The position numbers were made by a program, and so were the translations under genes. Positions 1 through 10,600 of a DNA stretch of 64,000 nucleotides are shown here, one piece after another. Below the pieces are notes generated by a model that did not search any database, was not told the origin of the DNA, and worked only from the letters and a program-made list of their open reading frames with translations. Position 1 is the stretch's first letter. Every line of letters begins with the position of its first letter. Location: assembly GCA_013239625.1 (NCBI GenBank), contig MU054117.1, positions 1,300,011-1,364,010 on the forward strand, given 5' to 3'. Source of the stretch: Lama guanicoe (lineage: Eukaryota).

Positions 1-800
1 GGGGCCGGGGGCCTTCCCGGGGAGAGGAAACACCCTGCCCGGGGGGGTTGGGGGGCGCTGCCTGCGCTTGTCCGGATTTGTTGAACCGTACGCTTGACAA
101 CGTGTGGATTTATCGAACGCAACTTGTAGGTCAATCAAGTCGACTGAAAGGAAGAAGGAAGTTGCCGTCTCCCAGCGCGGCTGTGGGAATCCGGGGCAGC
201 ACACGGAGCGGCGGAAGCGCAGCGTGGGAAGCATGAGTTCGCAATCGGGGCGAGGAAGCGCGGGGCCGGCGGCTGCCCGGAGGCGCGTCCTCCGTGCGCT
301 TCGACCGTCTCACTGCGGAGAAGCGGTTTCGAAGCCGTCGGGCAGGGCTTCGAGCACGGTGATTCTGCAGAAACAGCGCGTCTGGAACCGCGAGGTCGCT
401 GAGGTCAGACTCCCGCGGCAGCGCCCCCCCCCGCAACTCGCGCTGGGCCGCCCGCCGCCGCACGGCAGCGCCCCCCGTGGGCGCGGAGAAGCGCGGGCGG
501 CGCAGGGCCTCTGCGGGCGGGGCCTGCTCGGCGCCTCCCGCGTGCCCGCTTGTTTAACCCTCACAACAGCCTCGAAGGCTCTGAACGGACGAGGACGCAG
601 AGGGCCAGGGCGCTCGGGTCTCCCGCGCGGCGGCCGCCCTGCCGGGGCGCCTCGGCCGGGCCCCCGCGCTCCCTGCGCCGCAGGGCCGCCTTCTCAAGCA
701 GCGCGCGCCGGGTTAGACTCGCTCTTTCGTGATAAGGACGCTCGCGTTCCTGCGAATGATCTTTTTTTGACATGCTTCCCAACGCCAAGGCAGGGAGACA
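1..800. promoter_or_regulatory. CpG island (truncated by window start)
   Basis: Very GC-rich with dense CpG (e.g. ggcgcgtcctccgtgcgcttcgaccg, cgcgcggcggccgccc). No credible coding frame. Confidence 0.7.
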
Positions 801-1849
801 GCAAAACATAAAATGGAAACAAAAACAAACCCAAAAAGCCCTGTGCTCTGGTTATAGGACGTCACTTCTTTTCGATCCTTGGGGATAGGATTTTGCCTCG
901 TGAGACAAGCTGCCGCAAAGTTTTCAAAGATTCTCTCCTAGAAACTGAGAACTAGGAAGACAGGTGCCAGCTGTGGATCTCTGTCGAGTCACGTGGGGCT
1001 GTGTTTTGTCAGTGGATTAACAAAGCCCTGGGTCACCTTTCCACTCCGCACACCCTGCAGGTGTGAGCGGTGACTTCCGCACACACTGTCGCTCGTAACC
1101 CTGCAGCAGCTCTGAGACAGGCGAGGGGGTGGGCGTGGAGGTTACACTGCGAATCCACCTATGAATGAGGAGAGGGAGCCTTGTCCACGGTCCTTAGGAG
1201 CACGGGGCAGACCCTGGACTTCACTTCGCAGGGGACCGCAGGGAGGCTGAGCACCCCCAAACATCAGGGTCCGTGGGACAGCTGGGCTTCGCCTAGAACT
1301 TCCGACCTCATTTCTAACTCTGTCCATGGATGTTCAACACGAGGTGACATGCGAAACACCCTCCCTACCAAGACAACAGATGCACGTTTCCCAGGGGACA
1401 GCCAGGCAGGCCCAGGAAGTGACAACGGGTCACCTCAGTAAACAGTGGCCTGTGACATTACCATATTTCGCCAAACCTAAGGAGCTACTGAAGCTGAAAC
1501 GTATCAGCCACACCACTAAGAAGTCACGTGCTCCCAGTTAAACTGTGACACGTCGACTTGAAGACGCAGCCTGACCTCAGATACATTAAAACGCGTCTCG
1601 GTGTCGATGAAGTGTGGAAATTCAAGGCCAGTTTCTTCCAACTGGGGTCATAACCTTGTCAGGAGTCACTGGCCCATTAACTTATCAACACTGTTGAGCA
1701 GTAACGGCGCTGACCATGGGACCGCCGGTGGGAAGGGAGGAACAAGGTAGAGGAAGGTATCGCCTGCCTTCCAGGAACCCCCCCTCAGACTGGGTCCTTC
1801 AAGGAAAATTCCAGGAGCCTTGTAAAAGCAGCCGTCACAAAAGGAGACG

Positions 1850-2010
1850 AGAACATACAATGGAATAAAGACAGTCTCTTCAGCAAGTGGTGCTGGGAAA
1901 ACTGGACAGCAGCATGCAAATCTGCGAATCTAGAACACCCCCTCACACCACACACAAACATGAACTCAAACTGGCTCAGAGACTTAAACGTAAGACACGA
2001 CACTATAAAG
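1850..2010 (+). mobile_element. L1 ORF2 fragment
   Basis: agaacatacaatggaataaagacagtctcttcagcaagtggtgctgggaaaactggacag...aaagacttaaacgtaagac; homologous to 32170-32340 in this window. Confidence 0.85.
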
Positions 2011-2049
2011 CTTACTTTGGATTTGATTTCACAGAGGTTACCTTTTTAA

Positions 2050-2410
2050 GAACAAGAAAACACAACACGCCAAGGTTCTGAGTGGCTTCAAACACGGGGG
2101 TGGTCTAGGCGTCTGCTTAGTGCAGGCCACAGACTTGTTTGGGGTGCGGTCAGGGACACCCCTCCTTCTCTGCCAGGGCCGTGCTCAGCCCCCAGCCTAC
2201 GGGCCCCGTCAGAATCTCCCTACTGCCAGCACCCACTTCTTCCATCACAGCAGCCAGCCCTGAACACCTGTCCTCACCATCAGTGGTCATTCATGAGCTG
2301 GGACCCTCCCTTCCCAATGAGGTCACACTTCAGGGGACACAGTCCATGTCCACCTCCTTCCAGGACTGGTGAGCACATGTGGACACAGGTTGGGGTTCTG
2401 CTGAGGCCCC
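2050..2410. mobile_element. Possible degenerate MaLR (MLT1-like) LTR
   Basis: gagtggcttcaaacac..., ttcccaatgaggtcacacttcagggg and terminal cccacgg resemble MLT1 in reverse orientation. Confidence 0.35.
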
Positions 2411-2820
2411 ACGGGGAGCAGCCGCTGTGTCTGCAGGTGCGAAGCAGTGGGGCGGGACCGGGGCCCAGGTTCTAACAGCCCCCGCCCCTGCTCCCGCCTG
2501 TCCCGGGCCTGGGGCCAGAGGTTTGCACATGCCGACCCTCACCACGACTGCCCTCCTCGCAGCGGCCACAGGAGAGGGTATAAAGTTATGCTCCCGTTTA
2601 CACGTGGGGGGCCTGAGGCAGAGAGAAGCCCACCACGAGCTTCTACGTGCTGGTCACAGCCGCCAGTCCCACTCCGAGGCCCAGCCTCCACCGCTTTCTA
2701 CAGCCTGTGGGCTCCGGGCAAACCTGCCAGTATCACCCAGAACCACCCCTCACCCCATCACCAGCTCCTGGTCCTCAGCACATGCGACATTTCCAGTCCT
2801 ACACTAAATACAAAATCTCT

Positions 2821-2953
2821 CTCTCTCTTTTTTCCCCCCCTAATTTCCTTTTCCTTTCTTTCTTCTTTTTTTTTTCAGCGGAGGTGCTGGGGATGGAACC
2901 CAGGACCTCATGCATGCTAAGCACGTGCTCTACCCCCGAGCTGTGCCCTCCCC
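2821..2953 (-). mobile_element. tRNA-derived SINE (camelid vic-1-like)
   Basis: Reverse complement GGGGAGGGCACAGCTCGGGGGTAGAGCACGTGCTTAGCATGCATGAGGTCCTGGGTTCCATCCCCAGCACCTCC plus tail. Exact 14-bp TSD aatacaaaatctct (2807-2820 / 2954-2967). Confidence 0.92.
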
Positions 2954-5900
2954 AATACAAAATCTCTTTGAAGGTTTAATGACTTTGATTGCAGGCCTTG
3001 TACCCCAGACAAGACTGGAATGAAGTATTTAGTAATTCGTTACTCAGAGTTTCCCAGGAGAAACTTCCTGATACGGGCGAGGCGTATAATCTTAGAGATG
3101 AGTTCACCGAGGGGGCCCTAACCTCCCTCGGCGGCGGGAATCCCATCGTCTGGGGGAGTCTGCTGGGAAGAGAGATGGTGGGGGCACGAGTGCTCAGCAG
3201 CCCAGCAACAGGAGCAGCGCCCAGAGCTCAGGGCTGCTTTGTGCCCCCCCAGCCCCCCTCCGGAGTCCCCTCTTGGAGAGGTGTGCAGAGTGAGACCCAG
3301 CAGTGGGCAGGTCCCTGGGCTCGTGTCAGAAAAGCTTTGTTCTCATGGCTTTTGCTCCCCTAGCAGGGCTCAGGGCAAAGCTGCTGATCGGATGCCCAGA
3401 TCACGCTGAAGTGACCTTCAGGGGCTCAAGTGTGTAAACCAAGAACCTACTGCCTGCAGCCCAGGCCTCGGGGAATCCAGCCCTAGCCCTTTATCAGCTG
3501 GTCAGACGGGAGTGACCTTGGAGGAGTTCCATTTTGGGGGTCCAAGGAAGCTGCAGAGGAGAGACGACACAGGGGCCCCCCAGGAACTCAGGCCCTGGCC
3601 CTCAAGTCCCGCAGCTGGAGACAGCTCACACCGGCCCAGGGGTGCTGACTAACCACAGGGGCCCCCAGCCAGAGCCCAAAGCCGGGAGCCCAGCCTGAGC
3701 CTGTGGCCGGACCATAGGCCCCGGTGCAGGACCGCGGCGTGTGAAACAGTGACTGTGAAAGCAGCCACTGCCCCACGGGTGTGGACGGACCCCCGTGACT
3801 GGCTGGCCCCCTACCCCTGGGCCTGTCCACAGCAGAGGCGTTTCTCACACGGAACTGCTCGAGCTGCTGGAAACAATGTCGCATTAGAGCTGGCAGGGGC
3901 CTCTCGCGCGACCCAGTCGACACCCCTGCAACAGGAGAGACAGCCCGGAAGAGACGGTGCAGGGCACTCCTCCCACCCCCGAAATAAGCCCCCCCCCATG
4001 CTCACAAGAGAGCAGGGCATGCAGGAGGGCGGGGTTCTCCGGGGTTTGCAGGGTTGGGGTGCAAAGAGAAATTCTGGGAAAATACCCCTGTGTCTTCGGG
4101 CCTGTAGTTGTTCAAAGGGGACCCTGAGGCCTGGGCTGGGCTGGTGACAACGGCAGTCAGCAGGGGGTCTTGGTGGCAAGGACTGAACTGCGGTTTCCTG
4201 AAGCCTCTGCGCCTGATATGTGGAGGGGTCTGGGGGAGGGCCTCCCGCCAGCACCAACCAGCCTCCAAGCCACCCAGGAGGGAAAGACTCGGAGGAAGCC
4301 GCGCGGGCAGAAGCAGGGAGGAGAGGGACCAACTCTGGAAAGTCTAGAAGAGAATTCAGGCAGTGCAGCTAGAAAAGATCCGACTGCAGCCACGGGGGCC
4401 CAGCGGCCAGCAGGGCGAGAGGGAGAGCCATCAGGTCAAACTGGGATCAGGGGCTGGAGGCTTAAATTTAGCCAGGTGAGCAGAGCCGGGGGTGCTGGGA
4501 GGAGCAGCCATCACCTGCCCAGGCCGGTCAGCCTGTCCCCAACAGCAGGTCCACTTTCTGGGCACCGCCAACCTGCTGCCTGGGGGAGCCGACAGCCCGC
4601 CCCTTGGAGACTGGCAGGAGGCTGCTTCTGCGAAAGGCAGTTCAGTTAAAAGTTATACAGGTCCTTTCCTCATCATCGCAGCCTCCGTTCCCAGACCCTC
4701 TGCTGCGTTTCTCTGGACTCCGGATGCAGTTGGAAGACAATAGAAACCAACCAGGGATGCCCTGGGTGACAGTGAGGGCCTTCTGTACTCTCCCCACCAG
4801 GGACTTCTAGATCTGTTGCTGCTGTGAGTCTTGAGAGACTCGAAGGGGCTACAAACACAGCACCAACCAACGAGCACTGAAAACCCTGAGGACTGTGCTC
4901 AGGTGTGGGGATGGCGCACAGGTGGCGTCTGTTTAGAGGGTGTAGGGGATAAATGGCAGGCAGTCTGGGAAGGAGCTGGGGAGGATGGCCCCGGGGGCGG
5001 CGGCAGGCAGGACGGCTTTGCGGACACACTGGTGTTTATTTCAGCGAGGGCAAGGCCTAGCGCTTCACATGAAAACCTCCTCCCTGCTGGGGTTGCCGGC
5101 CATGGCGATCCAGAACCCACAGGACCACCCTAGGAGTGAACGTTAGAACACGGCAGCCTGGTCTCCTGACCTTCTTGGAGAAGAGCAAGCAAACCAACAG
5201 AACCTTTCAGCCGCCACCGGGGGAGACCGGGGGAGACCCACAGGTGAATACAGCCCCAGACGTTTCCTTTTCACAGCATATGGCTCCCAGCAGTGTGGCT
5301 TAAGCTTTGGAGGTAGGCAACTTCTCAGAAAAGGGTTGTTTCAAGCAGATAAGACACCCTTGGAGACATGAGCACCACCAAAGGACTGAAGAGGGAGTGG
5401 TTTCAGACACGCTGAGCAAACGCTGACTCGCCCACTCATACTGGAGCATGTGAGGAGTCAGCACCCGGGAAAGTGGGCTGGTTCCTGACCCCTCACCCCA
5501 CCGCCCGCAGGTAGACCCCCAGGCTTCCCACCCCCGCGGCTTGTTTCCTCTAGGAAAGGGAGGGGAGCTGCCCTTGCCATCTCTGCAGGTCCCTTGCTCC
5601 CCGAACCCCCACCCCACCCCTTCGGATGCGGAGACCAGGCGCAAGTCTGCCTCTCTCCTTGGGCTCTGGACTGGACCTCAGCGCAGAGAGCCGGGCCGCC
5701 TCACCCTCCTCGCCAGCATGCGCAGGGCTCTGAGCACTGCCTGTGTTCCCAGCAGACACACCTCCTTCCTCCTGCTATTTATGACCACAAATCTGTGTTT
5801 CTGAAGACAGAAAAGATGCTATTTTGAGATAGAGGAGACCACCGCTCAGCCTTCCACCTCTCACAGGTTGTCAGGTCTGTGGGGACAGGCATGTGGGTGC

Positions 5901-7190
5901 GAGCTCGGGGCCCGGCACCCACTCATCCACACCTGAGACTGGGGCCACGCCTTTGATGAGCAGACGCCACACCTGGACCAGACAGCAGCAGAGAGGCAGG
6001 ATTCGGGAAAGGGTCCCCACTGTCCGAGGGCGTGGCCACTGCTCCCCAGCCCCTGTGTTGCCGTAGGGCCAGCCACAGAAGGGGGTCACCGTAGGCTTCC
6101 ATCCCTTTGCCTGCGTGGGTGCTGGTATCTGACCAGGAGCGTGACGCTGCCCCGCTGCCCCAGAGTTTGCTGCACCCAGCTGACGGGTGGCACGGCCATC
6201 CCACCACAGCTCTGCCAGATGGGCACCTCCTTGGCCGCCTGAGCAGTTCCGGGCACTGGTAACAGAATCCCAGCCTTTCTCCTCCAAGCACCAGGCTGAC
6301 TCTGCCCAGGCTGGCAGTGGCTAAAAGCTGCTACCAAGTGGCCGGGTGGCAACGCAGTGAAGATTAGGCCCCGCGGAAAGTGGAGAGCAAACTCGCCATC
6401 CCGGCTGGCAGCCACCTCGACTTCCCTCTCTGCTCGGAGCAACCGCTTCTCACTTACAAACTGCACGACCTCCCACAGCGACCTGCAGGATGAAACATCT
6501 GGAAACGTGGCCCTGACGGGGGTGCGTGGCCAAATATCCCCCGCGGCTCCACGAGAAGACGGGGAGAGGCCATCCGCGCTTCTCCCGGGCCCCGCGGGCT
6601 GGGGTGGAGACGCAGGGGGAGCGGGGGTTCAATGAAAGAAAACAGAGAACTCGGAAGACCGGCCGAAGACCTGCTCGAGCTTAGGCAGGAATTCAGGCAC
6701 CAAACTAGCACGGCTCGCGGGGGTTAAAAGAATCCAGATGCAGCCCTCGCCACAGTCTGGCGGGTGCGGACCCCAGCTGGGGCCGAGCGAGCCAGGAAAA
6801 GCGCGCGGGAAGCCCGGGGGCTCGCGGCGCGGGGCCGGGGCCGAGCCTGCGCGCCTGGGGGCGGCTCCCGAGCTCCGCGGTCGCCCTCCCGGGGACCGAA
6901 AGCGGCGACGCCCGCCCGCCGGGAGGGCGGGGACCCTCCCTACCTGCCCGCTGGGGGCGGCCTGGGCGCGGCGAGAGCCCGAGGCCGGAGCTTTGTTCGG
7001 CGGCGGGGACCCCTTCCCCTGCGCGCTCCCCGACCCCGCCGCCCTCCCCCCACCGGGGGTGGGTGGAGGTGGGGCCCCTCCCGGACCGCGCCTCCCCGCT
7101 CCGGACCTGGGCGCCCCGACCGGCCCGCGGGCGCGGGGAAGTTGGGCGGCGGGGCGCGGGCTCCCGTTCTCCGGCCGCCGCCGGGCTTAC

Positions 7191-7379
7191 CTGCGCGTCC
7201 GCGGCTTGTCAGGCCCGCGGGCTCCGGCTCGCTCTCCGCCCGGCCCGGCCCTTCCAGCGCCCGCGGGGCCGAGGCGGCCGGGGACGCCGACTCTCTGCGC
7301 TGCGCTCCGGTCCCGCCGAGCGTCCGCCGGGCCCCGGGGGTCGGCCGGTCGCCCCCGCGGAGCCCGCGCGCCCTGCCCC
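7191..7379 (-). other. Candidate non-coding first exon within the CpG island (possibly a distal WNT5B 5' exon)
   Basis: Consensus donor CAG|GTAAGC on the minus strand (cttacctg at 7186-7193). The 5' end runs into the gap. The WNT5B link rests only on recalled ERC1-FBXL14/WNT5B synteny. Confidence 0.4.
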
Positions 7380-7679
7380 NNNNNNNNNNNNNNNNNNNNN
7401 NNNNNNNNNNNNNNNNNNNNNNNNNNNNNNNNNNNNNNNNNNNNNNNNNNNNNNNNNNNNNNNNNNNNNNNNNNNNNNNNNNNNNNNNNNNNNNNNNNNN
7501 NNNNNNNNNNNNNNNNNNNNNNNNNNNNNNNNNNNNNNNNNNNNNNNNNNNNNNNNNNNNNNNNNNNNNNNNNNNNNNNNNNNNNNNNNNNNNNNNNNNN
7601 NNNNNNNNNNNNNNNNNNNNNNNNNNNNNNNNNNNNNNNNNNNNNNNNNNNNNNNNNNNNNNNNNNNNNNNNNNNNNNN
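7380..7679. other. Assembly gap (300 N)
   Basis: Run of N in the core of the CpG island. Confidence 1.
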
Positions 7680-10600
7680 CCGACGCCCGCCCCTGGCCCC
7701 GGCCCCCTTTTTCGGAACTCGACCCCGTCCTCCGGGAGCACCTGGGGACTCGCCTGCGCCCCTGCCCGGAGCCCCCAACTCGAGGGCTGTGGGGCTGGAG
7801 GGTCTGGGAGCGGACTCGCTTATATCAAACCCTCCACACGCTCTCTCCTCCCCTGAACGCCCCCAAGGAGTGGAGCGATCTGTTACTCCTGCCTCGTAAA
7901 CCCACCGTCCCCTCCTGGTCCCGGGCCGCTTTCCGACAGCGCCCAGCGGAGCAGTCCCTGGGACGCGGAACGCTGGTGCGGCCGGGACACAGTGGAAACG
8001 CGGTCCCAAGTGGGAGCTGTGCGTTCCCGCTGCTTCTGGGAGCGCAGGAGGGCTGCATGAGTCCCCAGTCACTGGAGGGAGTAAGTGCCTGAAAAGACAC
8101 TAGCGCCGCAGCTCAGACGGACGCTCAAACATTTTTACTGAGGTCCCCAAGTCTGGGGGCGTAAGCTGCCACCCGCACTGCTCCAGATGGAGTAGCGAGG
8201 TCCCACGGAGGCAGAGTTCAAAGTCCAGCCCTGGCCCTGTTCCAGACCCGAGTTACAGGGCACCAACTGAGAGGGCCAGCATGGTTGAGGCCTGCCCCCC
8301 AACTGCCTTTTATTTTTCTTTTTAGGTTCTGAAACCCCCTTCTCTCCCCTGAATAGGAGGTCACCCTGCTTAAAAAATTGCCTTTGCATTCAGTGCAGTG
8401 AGAAAAAACAAAACAAAACATAACAAAAAACAGTAACAATAGTTGAAGGCTTGGCCTTTTCTTAATCAGTAACCAAACAGGGTGCCAGCCTTCTGCCTTC
8501 AGTGGGGAAGGGGACCAGGACCCTAGCGCACTGGGCTGGCCGTAAGGAGCCACTGTCCTCTGGGTTTTACAGTAAGGAGAGTGGGAGCTGTTCTAGCAAA
8601 GACGAGACTAACTGGAGGACAGTCTTCCTCAGAATTGTGCCGGCCTGGCCGGAGGCTCCCTGTGGTCTTCTCACCTCCTAGTGAACGGGGCTCATGAGAC
8701 CAGGCCCAGTAACCTTCAACGAACGAACGGCCTATAATTCCACGGGGGGCCACCTTTACCAAGGGGAGCTAGTTCAAGGCTTTATCTCTGGGGACAGATG
8801 GGACGGGAGGGGAGCTGGTCAAATACAGGCATAAAAGCTTTGAATCCACGCTGTCAGATTACAAATACGCTCCGTTCCTCTCCTCCCCAGAGTAAAGCAT
8901 CAGTTCTGGGGTTAGGGTCTTTGTGGGAGGTCAAGGGAAGGCCTTCTCCAGACGGTCATTCCAGAATGCGACCTGGGAGAATCTGGGGACTCACTTCATG
9001 CTCACATTCATTGAGCTCTCAGCACACAGAGATGGCTGAGACCGGGTCCCAGCCCCAGGAAGTTTAACATCTAAAGGAATGAACACAGAAAGCGCCACTG
9101 GGCTTGACCCCAGCTGACTCTCAGGGGGAGAGCCAGCGACAGGTGACAGCAACACCGCTGAATGTCCCTTGCGTGGTCCTGTACCTCCTACCCAGTCTGG
9201 GTCCAAGATGAGTCAGCACTAGGGGCCAGCGGGAGATGCTACCGCGCCCCCAGGAAAGGGGCTTGTGGCCGAGTAGCTGGGAAAGCCCTGGAAGGAGGGG
9301 CCCCAGCCCTGGGCCAGGTTCCCAGGGGAAGTGGTGAGCCCCACTGCCTGAGTCACTGACCAGCCGACTGCCCGGGAGTCTGGAGCCAGCCCTGCCGGCG
9401 AGCGCGGTGGGCCTGCGGACCCGTCTCACCCGTGTTTTGTCTGTGATGGCCTGGTAGGGTCTCCCGCCTACTCCCGCAGATAAAATACATCCTGACTTGG
9501 CATTTGTGGCTTAAACAAAGAATGAAGCAGCAAAGATTGGGAACTATGGAAATCAGAGATGATTCCTGCTCTGTTTTTTTGGAGACACTGTTCCTCCCTC
9601 CTACTCATGCCCTCAGAGGCCACTGGCCACACTCAGAGGCCCCTTCTGAGCCAGGATGGTTGGAAAGTCATGAGGAGTCAGCCTCCTCCGTTTCCTCAGC
9701 TCTCTTGGGCTCACCTGTCCTTCTGCAGGTCCATCTGGGGCTGACTCACCTAGGGAGGGGCTGTGGGTGCAGAGGGCAGCCATTCCCTTCCCCAGACCAG
9801 TACCAGGAGGCAGAGTCCGGGCGGCACGGCCACTCCAGCTGGAGGAGGAAGAAACACCCTGATGGGGGAAGCGACCCCCCCCAGCCTGCTTCTCTGAGCC
9901 CTTTCTAAGGTTTTTTGGGGGATGCACAGAAAATTCCTTGGGGGTGCCTGCCTGATGAGCTTTCAAAGCCAGAACAAGGTGAAGAGGCAAAGCAGGTAGC
10001 CTTCCCCCAGCAGCTGTCCCACCGGCACGCTGTCTGTGCTGTTCAGGGTTCATCTTGTGCGTGTTATCTAGATGCGCCTTGGAAAAAAAAAGCCCCAAAG
10101 AGCCAGACACTGTCCACAGATCACCCCCAGATTCACGGTAGCCGAGACAATCCGGGGCGTCTGGGCCGGGGAATTCTGAGCGCTGAAGGCAGCAGGGCTG
10201 GCAAGAAGAAAACTTCAGCTGTCAGCGTGAGTCTGGCTCTGCACTTCGCTTGGAGGGAAAACGTTCCTGTGAGAGGCCAGCCGTGGAAGGACCCTGTGTG
10301 CGGCCGCCGGCGGCTGAAGCACGGACAACGCCTGCTGTGTGCAGGTAGGTTTCCTCTCGTTTGCTTCCTGTCAGATGGCAACAGCCGCACTCACCTGACT
10401 TGAGGGCTGTCCCGTGACCAGTTCTCCCCAAAGAGGGGCCGGGACCGTCCAGCCAGGGGCTCTCTTGAGGGAGCCAAGCCGGGGCTGCATGTCAGATTCA
10501 CCGCCTGCGTGATCCTGGGCCTGACGCCGCCGTCTCTCGGCCCCATCTCCTCATCTGAACGGGAGTGGCGGTGCGACGGCCCCAGGGGAGCGAAGTCAGG

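Larger units (their letters stand above)
6500..8150. promoter_or_regulatory. Strong CpG island / promoter-like region, interrupted by a 300-N gap
   Basis: Extreme GC and CpG density from 6780-7760, with GC boxes (gggcggg, ccgccc). Confidence 0.8.

Noticed and set aside
104..811. 235-aa ORF and overlapping ORFs in the first CpG island
   Set aside because: Arg/Pro/Gly/Ala-rich low-complexity product typical of stop-poor GC-rich DNA; no recognisable domain.
6738..8092. Long ORFs (372 aa, 442 aa) across the CpG island
   Set aside because: Inflated by the 300-N gap and by GC richness; open in many frames on both strands.
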